Source of the DNA: an uncultured Christensenella sp.
GTDB lineage: Bacteria > Bacillota > Clostridia > Christensenellales > DTU072
Reading direction: 5' to 3'
Assembly: GCA_964418255.1 (NCBI GenBank)
Contig: CAYQKV010000004.1
Span: 95,944-159,943, forward strand
DNA: 64,000 bases
Of this stretch, positions 1 to 8,943 are shown one piece after another. Under the pieces are notes generated by a model that was given only the letters and a program-made list of their open reading frames with translations, ran no database searches and was not told where the DNA came from. Position 1 is the first letter of the stretch. Every line of letters starts with the position of its first letter. A program made the position numbers and the translations under genes.

Positions 1-29
1 TCAGTCCGGAACGCCGCGCGTTAACAATT

Positions 30-59
30 AAAAACGCCGTCCCTGCGGACGGCGTTTTC
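30..59 (-). terminator. Rho-independent terminator downstream of the 1826-aa surface-protein gene
   Basis: Perfect 9-bp GC-rich stem acgccgtcc (34-42) / ggacggcgt (47-55) with loop ctgc. It is flanked by aaaa and tttt, so a U-tract follows on either strand. It lies 20 nt past the stop at 79. Confidence 0.8.
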
Positions 60-78
60 CTTTTAACGAAACGGCTTT

Positions 79-3000
79 TTATTTTTTGCCTTTCTTTCTG
101 TCTTTACGCGACTTGTTCTTGTTGACTCTCTGATTGTACGTAACGGGTTTGATTTCGTCCACGTATTCGTCCGCTTCGAGCGCGTCTTCTTTTACCTGCG
201 GCGCGGGCGGCACGAGTTTGATGTCTTTTTCCGTCTTAGTCACGTTTTCCACAACGACCTCTTTCGGGTGTTTCTTCTTCCATCTTCTGACAAGCAGAAC
301 CACTACCGTAATGATAATCACGAGCGCGATAACGAAGCTGGAAATGTACAACCAGAAATACTCGTTATTGAACAGTTTGTCCCAGAAAGATTCTTCCTCT
401 TCGGGTTCTTCGGGGTCGGGTTCTTCTTCTCCGTCGCTCGTCGTTTTTTCCGAGTATTCGTAAACGTAGCTCGTCGAATTCTCTCCGCCTGCCGCGTTCT
501 TGCCCGCGTTAAACTCCGCTTCGGTTATGCTCTCCGCGGAAACGAGGTCGACTGCCATAAGTCCTACGATATAGTGGTCGAGCCACGTTTCGGTCTCGTC
601 TTCGTCATCTTCGTCGCCGAGGTAGAACGCCCAGTTCACCGTGTTGTCCGAACTCGTCGGGTTATAGAGGTATACGGTGTAGGTCACGTCCTGATAGAAA
701 CTTCCGTCTCCGCTACCCTGTCCGTAAACGTCGGAATTGATTTTAACGTTTACTTCGTCTTTCTTCGAGGTACTCGGCGTTACTCTGAATTCGCCGAACG
801 CGTTTTCGAACTCGTAGCTGTAACTCTTCGTCGTGCTTCCGTTGCTGTCCGTGGTTTCGGTTTCCACAACGCGCGCTATAAGCGTTCTCGCGCTGAACGT
901 TATCTTCGTGTACGTTCCCGCTTTCGCCTTGTAGTTATAGGTGCTGTCGAGCGAATAATGTTGCGCATAACCGCTTTCCGCTTTGTTGCTCATAACCAGC
1001 ACGTTGCTTCCGCCTCTATAAATTACGTTGCCGCTTGCGTCTTTGCGGTCTACCGACAGGAACGTTTCCATAAACTCGTTCCATTCGTCTTTGCCCCATT
1101 CTCCGCTATCGAGTTTGTCTTGGAAAATCTCGTTGAACACAAACACGTCGTCGTCTTCTTTCGTATCGGTGTACTTATAAAGCTGTTCGATGGCGGTCTT
1201 CATTCTTTCGTTCGTGTTGGCCTCTTCATAGTTGTACACGCCGTAAGAAGCGAGCGTTCCGTCCTTGGTAAGGTCGGTATCGTAATCTCTGTTATAGTTG
1301 CTCGGCGTGTTGCCTACGGTGTCGTTTTCCGTAGTCGTGCTCGAAGGCTCCGTGCTTGCGTCGAAAGAGTCGAGCACGTATTCCATACAATAAATGTAGT
1401 AAGGAACGCCCGTATACACGATTTCGTGAGTCGCCGAAGCGTAGCCCGGTCCCGTATAATCGTCGTCTTTCTCTTTCGCCGCGGCATATTCGTCTTCGGT
1501 TATCGAAGTTACTTTAACCGCGTCGAAATACGCCGTGCCCTTGCTTAAATCCGAGGTGAGATAATATTTTTCTTTATCTCCCGAACCTAACGAACCGGTC
1601 TTCGCTTTCGCATACGGATTGCCGAGACTGTATTTAACGTTCATTTTCGCGTTGAAATTGCCCGTTTTGACATAAACGCAGTATTCTCTCCATTCTCCGT
1701 CCGTGGTAATCTGAACGAAGCCCAGTCTGCTGTCGTCCGTCGCCGCCTGCAACGCGCCGCTCGTCGCTCCGACCGTTATGCTCGCGTAAGTTCCGATGTC
1801 GGTTCTTGCCCACACGCTTATCTTGTAATAACCGTCGGCGGAAAGTCCAGAACTGAGGGTCTGCGAGTTTACGCTTATTATGCTACTGTAATTACTCGTA
1901 AGTTTCATTACCGTCTTGTACGGCGAAACGTAATTGTTTCCGTCCACGCTTCCGGTAAACAGTCCGTTAGAAGAAACCGTTCCCGCGCGCGCTTCCGTTG
2001 GGTCGGCGCTTGTAGCCGGCGTGGGAATTTCCGTTCCCGTCGCGCTTCCCATTGAAGCGGAAGTGTAAGAAGTAAGAGAGGAAACGCCGTCTTTTCCTAT
2101 CGCTTTAACCGCAAAATAGGTAAGTTTAGTATTGTCCCAGTTGCCTGTAAACGAATAGGTATAGTCTGTGTTTTCACTCGTCGCGTCCACAACGGCAAAG
2201 AGTTTTTCTTTCTGTTTTCCGTCTTCGTCCGCGTATTTCATCCAGATTTCGTACTTGACGGGCGTAGCGGTCATTATACCGTCATCCGAGTCGCTCGTTA
2301 CTCCGTCCGCACCTTTCCAGGTAAGGGTTACGGGATTCTCGTTCTTATTAAGAGAAACAGATGTCGGCGCGTCGTAATCGTTGTCGATAACCGAAGAAAC
2401 CGTCCAGTTGCTCGTCTTGCCGATACCCGAGAGTTTGCCGTTTTCGTCGAACTCTTCTTTATCCGTAGCCGAATAATCGAGTTTGGAATAGTAGCTGTTG
2501 GTAAAGGTCGTGGAATTGCTGTCGATTTCCGCGCTTATATTATATAAGGATACCGATTTGACGATTTTGTCGCCGGTAGCCGCCGCGTTATATTCGTCGT
2601 AGTCGATTTCCAGCGCGTTGAACGCGGCGAGGTAAACCTTACCCGAAACGTAGCTGTCGGTGACGAATCTCGTGCCGCTTCCCATTGCTACGGAAACGCC
2701 GACGTAATATTCGTCGATAAGGTCGCCGCAGATATAATATACTACTTCCGCCCAGGTTTCCGTATTGTTGGTATATTTCGTTACCGAAGTATCTTTTTCG
2801 GTATCGAGGTTGTTTTTGTCCGTACCCGTAAGCAGTTTTACGGAAATTCCGAGGTCTTCGTCTATTCCTTCGGTTTTGATAAGGAACGCGAAACGGTAAA
2901 ATTTATTCGGAAGAATTTTTATTGCGTTTTCACCGATATAAGTAAGCGTGCTTGCCGTAGCTTTCGCGTTGCTGTATTCGAGAGCGTACAGGTATTTTGC

Positions 3001-5559
3001 GTGCCCGTCCACCGTTATCTGTTCCATATCGCTTTCGGTCACTTTGACGGAAACCTGTTCCTTGTCTCCCGCTGCGGTTCCGTCCGCGGCGGTCGCTTTC
3101 CAGTTTTCGTTAGCGATAGTTTCCGCTTTGCTTTCGGTCAATTCCTCGTCTCCGACGAGTCCGCCGAAAGAAACCGTTCCTTCCGATTCGATTTCCGAAA
3201 GACGTTTCCAGCTCGCGCCGGGCGCGGCTTCGTTTGCCTTTTCCTCGGTTGCGTACGCCTTTACTTCGATATTGTCGAAGAACGCGCCGCCTATCATAAA
3301 CGTGGTATCGTCGCTTCCCGTACCGAAGGACATTTCAACCGTGAGCTGACGCTGAGAAAGCTGATTGCCCAAAACGTAGAACGTGAGTTTCTGCCATTCG
3401 CCGAGCGCGGTCGTCGTTTCTTCTATTCCGTCTCCCGCTCCGGTAAGTTTAACCGTAGCTTTGGGGAAACTATTCTGCGATTCCCAGTTTGCGTATTTAG
3501 CCTCGTAATCCGCTTTGTCGATTTCCCATTCTTCGTGCTCGGCGTTATAGTCGTCGATGAGTTTCTGGCATTTGTCGTATTCTTTTTTATTAGTACGGCG
3601 TTCGTTCAAATACAGAATTTCTATATAATCTTTCAAATCCTGTACCGCCTGCACCTGCGAAGAAAGATTTTTCCAAAGATAGGTATAGTAAAACGCTTGC
3701 GCGGTGGTTGCCACGTCGGTGCTGCTTTCAAGATTGAGTAATTCGCGAATCCAGGCTGCCGCCGCCGTTCTGAGAGTTTCGGAAGCGGTTCCGTTATATG
3801 AATACGTTCCCATAGACGTAAGCGCGCTTTCGTGCCCGTTCGCTTTCGTGTTCTCCTCCTCGGTCAATGCGTCCGCATAACCCGCCATAGCCTCTATACC
3901 GTCGGTCGTATACAGGTCGTACAGTTGTCTCTGCAAAGTGGTGAAGGTTTTCGTTCTGGGGCTTTCGGGTTCTTTCGTCTCGAACTCGGGATAGTAGTGA
4001 GTTTTATCTCCGAACTTGTAACTCTTTGCCCATACGTACGCCCAAACGCTTATTTCGTAATACGTGTTGGGCTCTATTCTGAGGCTATCCGTGGTTTTGA
4101 TGGTGTTCGCCTGCAAATCCCTGTTATACATCATCATAACGTAGGTTTCGTCGAGGGCGTTAAGGTTATGGTTCGGGTCGTTCATAACTTTGCCGAGCCA
4201 TTCGTCGTATCCCATAGCGTAGAACTTCGCAGTGGTGCCGATACCGCCTTCGGAAGTGGATTTCGAATAATTATCGGAAATTTTCGACGTATCCGCGCCT
4301 TCCGCCGCTATATCGTACAGTTTGGAAACGTCCACCGAGCCGTAGTATTTGGCGTCGTAAGTGGCGTTGGAAGTCATTGAATATTTTGTAAGGTTGCTCG
4401 TTCCGTAATTTTCACGGAAAGAATAAAAATACTTGCGGTAACTTGTGGTGTTGTAAGAAGTGGGCTTCTTGCGAAGTTCCATATTCGGGTTGGCGAGGTA
4501 ATAAGCGCTTCTCGCCGCGACGTAGTCGTTTCCTCTTCCGTCGGTCTTCGAGCTTATCGCCGACTTGAATTCCGCGAAGTTATCGACCATCGCGTCGTTT
4601 TCGTTGTATTCGTACGCTCCGTAAGTCGCTATTTTTTCGCCTGCGATTTCGTCGGTTATAGCGCTCGTAAGTTTGTCTCCGTCGACTTTTTCGCAGATTA
4701 TATTATCGAAAAACGCAACGCCGCGCGTAGAATATCTGCCTTTATCGTCGGGGTTTGTCGTGGAAGTGGAAATTCCGGGACCGTAGCCGAGCCACAAATC
4801 GGTTTTTACGCTCATCGAGCTGTATTTGTTGGTTTCGATAAAGAGATAATACGTTTTCCACTGTCCGTCCGTATCTATACGTCCGAGGGTGTATTCCATA
4901 TCTCCGCCGAGAACGAACCAGGCTCCTTTATTTTCGTCCGCGTTATGAATTTTCGTAAACACGGAGAACTGCAACAGATATATGCTGTCTTTTTCCAGAG
5001 TAAACGACGAACTCGTAACGTAAATGGAACCTTCGGACTGGGTATTCGCAAGGACGAACACGTTCGTGTCTTCTCTTTGTTTTTTGGGGTTGCCGTTTTC
5101 GTCGTTGACGATTTTGCCGTCGTCGTCAAGCACGTTTACCCACGGAGTTTTCGGGTCGATACCGGGATACGGCATTGTAAACGGATTTTCGAGTTCCGCG
5201 CCGTTCTTGTCTTCGTACACTCTGAGGTATTTATCCGCGATTGCCTGATAGGTATCTTCGTCGGAAACGTCGATAGCCGCGCTGAGCACGCCCGCCGAGC
5301 CCGTTTTCGAAGTCGTGGTGCTTCCGCTCATCTGCGTCCAGTCCGTCACCTTGTCGAGGATAGCCCTGTCTCCGCTTGATTCCGTAGACGTCGTGGTTGC
5401 GTTATAGAACGTACCGTTTTTCGCCGTGTGGGTGAAAGTACGGGTAGTCTCCGTTCCGTCTCCGTCGTCGGGGTTTACATAATCTTCGCAAGCTACGAGG
5501 GCTACCGCCAAAACGATTGCCGCGAGGATTGTGAAAAGTGATAAAAATTTCTTCTTCAT
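79..5559 (-). CDS. Very large cell-surface protein (1826 aa) with an N-terminal lipoprotein signal, repeated jelly-roll/CBM-like modules, one FN3-like module and a C-terminal TM anchor with a basic tail
   Basis: The N-terminus MKKKFLSLFTILAAIVLAVALVAC carries a lipobox (LVAC). Five modules each end in an aromatic-FD(N/A)(I/V) strand: AFFDNII, AFFDNIEV, AAFNALEI, AYFDAVKV, MAVDLVSA. An FN3-like stretch reads PTSVSLNKNENPVTLTWKG...VKYEIWMKY. Near the C-terminus an acidic linker EEPDPEEPEEEE is followed by the hydrophobic helix FWLYISSFVIALVIIITVVVLLV and then RRWKKKHPKE. Confidence 0.75.
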   Translation of the reverse strand: MKKKFLSLFTILAAIVLAVALVACEDYVNPDDGDGTETTRTFTHTAKNGTFYNATTTSTESSGDRAILDKVTDWTQMSGSTTTSKTGSAGVLSAAIDVSDEDTYQAIADKYLRVYEDKNGAELENPFTMPYPGIDPKTPWVNVLDDDGKIVNDENGNPKKQREDTNVFVLANTQSEGSIYVTSSSFTLEKDSIYLLQFSVFTKIHNADENKGAWFVLGGDMEYTLGRIDTDGQWKTYYLFIETNKYSSMSVKTDLWLGYGPGISTSTTNPDDKGRYSTRGVAFFDNIICEKVDGDKLTSAITDEIAGEKIATYGAYEYNENDAMVDNFAEFKSAISSKTDGRGNDYVAARSAYYLANPNMELRKKPTSYNTTSYRKYFYSFRENYGTSNLTKYSMTSNATYDAKYYGSVDVSKLYDIAAEGADTSKISDNYSKSTSEGGIGTTAKFYAMGYDEWLGKVMNDPNHNLNALDETYVMMMYNRDLQANTIKTTDSLRIEPNTYYEISVWAYVWAKSYKFGDKTHYYPEFETKEPESPRTKTFTTLQRQLYDLYTTDGIEAMAGYADALTEEENTKANGHESALTSMGTYSYNGTASETLRTAAAAWIRELLNLESSTDVATTAQAFYYTYLWKNLSSQVQAVQDLKDYIEILYLNERRTNKKEYDKCQKLIDDYNAEHEEWEIDKADYEAKYANWESQNSFPKATVKLTGAGDGIEETTTALGEWQKLTFYVLGNQLSQRQLTVEMSFGTGSDDTTFMIGGAFFDNIEVKAYATEEKANEAAPGASWKRLSEIESEGTVSFGGLVGDEELTESKAETIANENWKATAADGTAAGDKEQVSVKVTESDMEQITVDGHAKYLYALEYSNAKATASTLTYIGENAIKILPNKFYRFAFLIKTEGIDEDLGISVKLLTGTDKNNLDTEKDTSVTKYTNNTETWAEVVYYICGDLIDEYYVGVSVAMGSGTRFVTDSYVSGKVYLAAFNALEIDYDEYNAAATGDKIVKSVSLYNISAEIDSNSTTFTNSYYSKLDYSATDKEEFDENGKLSGIGKTSNWTVSSVIDNDYDAPTSVSLNKNENPVTLTWKGADGVTSDSDDGIMTATPVKYEIWMKYADEDGKQKEKLFAVVDATSENTDYTYSFTGNWDNTKLTYFAVKAIGKDGVSSLTSYTSASMGSATGTEIPTPATSADPTEARAGTVSSNGLFTGSVDGNNYVSPYKTVMKLTSNYSSIISVNSQTLSSGLSADGYYKISVWARTDIGTYASITVGATSGALQAATDDSRLGFVQITTDGEWREYCVYVKTGNFNAKMNVKYSLGNPYAKAKTGSLGSGDKEKYYLTSDLSKGTAYFDAVKVTSITEDEYAAAKEKDDDYTGPGYASATHEIVYTGVPYYIYCMEYVLDSFDASTEPSSTTTENDTVGNTPSNYNRDYDTDLTKDGTLASYGVYNYEEANTNERMKTAIEQLYKYTDTKEDDDVFVFNEIFQDKLDSGEWGKDEWNEFMETFLSVDRKDASGNVIYRGGSNVLVMSNKAESGYAQHYSLDSTYNYKAKAGTYTKITFSARTLIARVVETETTDSNGSTTKSYSYEFENAFGEFRVTPSTSKKDEVNVKINSDVYGQGSGDGSFYQDVTYTVYLYNPTSSDNTVNWAFYLGDEDDEDETETWLDHYIVGLMAVDLVSAESITEAEFNAGKNAAGGENSTSYVYEYSEKTTSDGEEEPDPEEPEEEESFWDKLFNNEYFWLYISSFVIALVIIITVVVLLVRRWKKKHPKEVVVENVTKTEKDIKLVPPAPQVKEDALEADEYVDEIKPVTYNQRVNKNKSRKDRKKGKK

Positions 5560-5649
5560 CTTTTACCGCCTGTTAAGTAGTTTCTTTTTTCTCCGCTTTC
5601 ATACGCGTATGCGCGCTTATACGCGTGCGTATGTCCGCAAGTATATTCT

Positions 5650-5678
5650 ATAATATCATAACCCGCGAGGAAAAACAA
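5650..5678 (-). promoter_or_regulatory. Candidate sigma-A promoter of the 1826-aa gene
   Basis: Read on the minus strand: TTGTTT (5673-5678), 17-nt spacer, TATTAT (5650-5655). It lies about 90 nt upstream of the ATG at 5559. Confidence 0.45.
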
Positions 5679-5723
5679 CTGTTCTTAAAGACATTTCAGT
5701 CAAATTTATGACATACGGGAGAA

Positions 5724-5806
5724 CTCCGACCAAACGTTATGCGGAATAACTCCGACCAATCGTTACACGGAATTTTACCGCAGTCGGTAAAAACCTTTGT
5801 GCGGAT
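5724..5806. repeat. Partial inverted copy of the palindromic element family found at 42182-42392
   Basis: tccgaccaatcgttacacggaattttaccgcagtcgg (5751-5787) is the reverse complement of 42237-42273 with 1 mismatch in 37. A degenerate half-unit ctccgaccaaacgttatgcggaataa directly precedes it (5724-5749). Confidence 0.8.
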
Positions 5807-5825
5807 AAAGAAGAAAAAGCAATTC

Positions 5826-5840
5826 GGGCGGGTGGGTGGG
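5826..5840 (+). other. Canonical G-quadruplex motif G3-N1-G3-N1-G3-N1-G3
   Basis: The literal sequence is gggcgggtgggtggg: four G3 tracts separated by single-nucleotide loops. Confidence 0.6.
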
Positions 5841-5883
5841 TCGACACGATATTTTTATGGTACAAATATTCGAAAGCGGGACG

Positions 5884-5930
5884 GCGACGGTTCGTTTTCG
5901 AAAAAAAATCAACGCAATCTCTCCGCTCCG
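5884..5930 (+). repeat. 45-nt intergenic motif, copy A
   Basis: gcgacggttcgttttcgaaaaaaaatcaacgcaatctctccgctccg. It shares the invariant core tcaacgcaatctctcc with copies at 8944-8990 and 62016-62060. Confidence 0.85.
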
Positions 5931-5934
5931 TTTT

Positions 5935-7074
5935 TCACTTTATATCGGGCGCGGGCATTTTTTCTTTTCTCTCTTTCAGTATCTCGGATATTTTTTTCGC
6001 CACGCCTTCCGCGGAAAAATTCTCCTTTGCGTACCTCTTTATTTTCTCTCCGTCGTAAGGAGAATTCATTGAACACGCCTCTTTCATCGCTTCTCCGAGC
6101 GCGCAAGCGTCGTCTACCGCCACGATTTTTCCCGCGTATTCCGGTATTATCCCTTCGGGAGAAAAACATTTCGTCGTTACTACCGGTATTCCAACCGAAA
6201 GGGCGGCGAGATACACCGAACCGAAAATTTCCTTCCTCGAAGCGAGCGCGAAACAGTCTCCCGTTTCCAGAAATTCGGTTAGTTTTCCCTTTACGGGAGA
6301 GAGAAACTCGACGCTGTCTTTTACTCCCAACGCTTCCGCCTGTTCTCCGAGCGCGCGCCGTTCGTCCCCTTTCCCGACGATTACGAGTTTCGCGTCCGCC
6401 CGTTCTTTTTTCGCTTTTGCAAACGCCCTTATAAGAACGTCCATTCCCTTTTCCACGCAAAGCGCGCCTATGCTGACGAAAACGAACCCGTCGTGTTTTT
6501 TTCTTTCTTCCGCAGTCGTCACCGTTTGCGGCAAAAAAACGAACTCCGCGCCGAAGATTTCTTCCATACGCAGTCGAAAAGCCTCGTTAGGCGCGGTCGA
6601 AACCACCGCTTTTTTATAAATACGCGCCGTTTTTAAGATTTCCGCGCCGCTTAATTTTTCGGTAAGCAATCTGCCCTCGAACTCGCTTACGGCAAACGGC
6701 ACGCCGAACACGTTTTCAAGATTTTCCGCCACGCTTCCGTACGTCCGACAAAAAAAAGCCCAAGTAAGGTCGGGAAGTCTGCCTTCTTTCGCCATAGCCG
6801 AGTACGCTCTTTTCGCCACGGCGAGCCTCAACGCGGAGGCGGCTTTTTTTCCCACCCGTCCGACGGGCAAGCCGTAATCCCATACTTCCACGTTCTCTTT
6901 TATATACCTTTCCAGCCCGCGCTTTTTTCGTTTCTTCCCCGTTCTCAAATCCACCGCGAGAACGGCTACTTCGTAACCGCTTTTTGCAAGAGTCGTCGCA
7001 AAACCCCATTCGTATATTCCGTTAAGCGGGCTCTTCCCGTCGGGAACGCCGCGCGCAAGCACACATATTCGCAT
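5935..7074 (-). CDS. Glycosyltransferase family 4 (GT-B fold)
   Basis: 379-aa ORF. The N-terminus RICVLARGVPDGKSPLNGIYEW is typical of GT4. The C-terminal half contains the E-x7-E-type region ASRKEIFGSVYLAALSVGIPVVTT. Confidence 0.85.
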   Translation of the reverse strand: MRICVLARGVPDGKSPLNGIYEWGFATTLAKSGYEVAVLAVDLRTGKKRKKRGLERYIKENVEVWDYGLPVGRVGKKAASALRLAVAKRAYSAMAKEGRLPDLTWAFFCRTYGSVAENLENVFGVPFAVSEFEGRLLTEKLSGAEILKTARIYKKAVVSTAPNEAFRLRMEEIFGAEFVFLPQTVTTAEERKKHDGFVFVSIGALCVEKGMDVLIRAFAKAKKERADAKLVIVGKGDERRALGEQAEALGVKDSVEFLSPVKGKLTEFLETGDCFALASRKEIFGSVYLAALSVGIPVVTTKCFSPEGIIPEYAGKIVAVDDACALGEAMKEACSMNSPYDGEKIKRYAKENFSAEGVAKKISEILKERKEKMPAPDIK

Positions 7075-7148
7075 AAATAATTATATGTACGATTATTCCC
7101 AACTAATGCCCAAAAAACCATACAAACAATATTCGGGCGACTTTATCG

Positions 7149-7196
7149 TTGACAAATCCGAAACCCGTGGTATAATTAGTATAACTTGTATAACTT
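7149..7196 (+). promoter_or_regulatory. Sigma-A promoter with extended -10, followed by a tandem 9-mer candidate operator
   Basis: TTGACA (7149-7154), 16-nt spacer ending in TGg, TATAAT (7171-7176). gtataactt then occurs twice back to back (7179-7187 and 7188-7196), across the expected transcription start. AAGGAGA lies 6 nt before the ATG at 7217. Confidence 0.6.
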
Positions 7197-7216
7197 TTAC
7201 CACAAGGAGATTGTAT

Positions 7217-7444
7217 ATGAAACAGGATTTTCCCGAAGGGAAGTTTCTTTCCGCGGTTAAAATCGGCGCGAAAGGACAAATAGTAATACCGAAAGAAGTT
7301 CGGGATATGTTCGGATTCAAGCCGGGCGACTCCGTTCTTCTTATGGCGGACAAAACGCAGGGCGTCGCTTTGCAACCGTTTTCTTTCGCCGAGGTTTTCT
7401 GGCAAGCCGCGCGAAACGTTATGAAGGAGGATGATAAAAAGTAA
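7217..7444 (+). CDS. AbrB/MazE/SpoVT-family DNA-binding protein (75 aa)
   Basis: A SpoVT-AbrB looped-hinge motif is present: KIGAKGQIVIPKEVRDMFGFKPGDSVLL. The start is chosen at the internal ATG with a strong RBS; the tracked ORF from 7085 has none. Its stop abuts the ATG of the next gene (TAAATG). Confidence 0.75.
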   Translation: MKQDFPEGKFLSAVKIGAKGQIVIPKEVRDMFGFKPGDSVLLMADKTQGVALQPFSFAEVFWQAARNVMKEDDKK

Positions 7445-8278
7445 ATGGAGGCTTTAAGGGTCTGTAATCTCACAAAAAAGTATCCCGAATTTACGTTAAA
7501 CGACGTATCTTTGACGGTTGAAAAGGGACGCGTCGTCGGACTTGTCGGGCGAAACGGCGCGGGCAAAAGCACGCTGATTAAATCCGTTCTCGGGCTTATT
7601 CCGTCGGAGGGCACGGTGGAATTTTTCGGTGAAAGAGACGGCGCTAAACATAAAATCGGCTACGTTCACGGCGGGTTCGATTTTTATCTTCAAAAGACGC
7701 TCCGTTCGGTAGCGAAATGCGTTTCCTCGTTCTATCCTACGTGGGACTCATCTTTATACGGCGAACTTCTGCGCCGTTTCAATCTGTCGGAAAGCAAAAA
7801 GGTATCCGAGCTGAGCGAAGGAATGAAAGTCAAATTCGCTTTATCTCTCGCCCTGTCCCACGGCGCGGAACTTCTCATTATGGACGAACCTACGAGCGGT
7901 CTCGACCCGGTTTCCCGCGACGAATTCTGCGACATAATTCTCAATCTTGTCCGAGAAAAGGAAATAGGCGTTCTTTTCTCCACTCACATAATTTCCGACC
8001 TTACGAAAATCGCCGACGACATAGCCTTTATCGACGACGGAAATCTGATTGTTTTCGAAGAAACGGAAACTCTTCTTTCCCGTTACGAAACGGCGTTTTT
8101 CCGCACCGAGGCGGAGGCACTCGTCTGCGGCGTTCCTCTTATAGGGTTAAAACGCGTTAAAAGCGGGTTCGAGGCTTTAATTCCTTTCGGTTCGGGCAAG
8201 GACTTAACCGTGGAAAGAGCCGACCTTGAAACGATAATTTTACATCTTCAATGCGAAAGGAGAAAAAACGATGACTAA
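7445..8278 (+). CDS. ABC transporter ATP-binding protein
   Basis: Walker A GRNGAGKST, signature LSEGMKVK and Walker B LLIMDEPTSGLD are all present. Confidence 0.9.
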   Translation: MEALRVCNLTKKYPEFTLNDVSLTVEKGRVVGLVGRNGAGKSTLIKSVLGLIPSEGTVEFFGERDGAKHKIGYVHGGFDFYLQKTLRSVAKCVSSFYPTWDSSLYGELLRRFNLSESKKVSELSEGMKVKFALSLALSHGAELLIMDEPTSGLDPVSRDEFCDIILNLVREKEIGVLFSTHIISDLTKIADDIAFIDDGNLIVFEETETLLSRYETAFFRTEAEALVCGVPLIGLKRVKSGFEALIPFGSGKDLTVERADLETIILHLQCERRKNDD

Positions 8279-8924
8279 ACTTTTACGCAAGGAATTTGCC
8301 CTGGCTCTTCACCCTACGGCGTACTTTTTTCTATGTTTTTGCCTGTTCGTTTTCATTCCGAACTATCCGTACGAAGTTATGTACTTCTTTTCCTGTCTTT
8401 CGGTGTTTTTCACCTGTCTTACGGGGCGGGAAAACAAAGACCTGCTCTTTTCCTGTATACTTCCCGTAAGCAAGAAAGAGGTTGCGACCGCTCGCATACT
8501 TTCGTCTGTAATTATGCAACTGAGTCTTATCGTTCTTTCGGCGTGCACGGTAGCGGTTAAAAATCTTATTCCAACGCTAAACGCCGCAAATCTTGCCGGA
8601 CTTGACGCAAACGCCGCTCTTATCGGCGAAGGTTTTCTTATTCTCGGGCTGTTCAACGCGGTGTTTTTCCCGTTATATTTTTCCGACCCGAACAAGGTGG
8701 GAATTCCCTTTATCGTTTCTTCGGCGTGCGTATTTCTTCTGATAATTATTTCCGTCGCGCTGTGTTCTGCGATACCCTCTTTGAAAAACACGTTCGACTC
8801 GCCCGACCCGATTTTCATCGGCGGAAAACTGATTTTCACCGCAATCTCCGCTCTTATTTACGCCGCGCTTACCTACGTTTCCGTTCGCGTTTCATCGGCA
8901 AAATTCGAAAAAGTAAACCTATGA
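8271..8924 (+). CDS. ABC-2-type integral membrane permease
   Basis: 217 aa with about six hydrophobic segments. It overlaps the ATPase gene by 8 nt, which suggests translational coupling. Confidence 0.65.
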   Translation: MTKLLRKEFALALHPTAYFFLCFCLFVFIPNYPYEVMYFFSCLSVFFTCLTGRENKDLLFSCILPVSKKEVATARILSSVIMQLSLIVLSACTVAVKNLIPTLNAANLAGLDANAALIGEGFLILGLFNAVFFPLYFSDPNKVGIPFIVSSACVFLLIIISVALCSAIPSLKNTFDSPDPIFIGGKLIFTAISALIYAALTYVSVRVSSAKFEKVNL

Positions 8925-8943
8925 CTTCGCTTTTATCAGGAGA

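Noticed and set aside
5739-6460. Overlapping Arg/Ser-rich ORFs (5739-6434 plus strand, 5909-6460 minus strand) around the 3' end of the GT4 gene.
   Set aside because: Their composition is low-complexity. They are out of frame with, or antisense to, a well-supported glycosyltransferase, and they run through intergenic repeat sequence.
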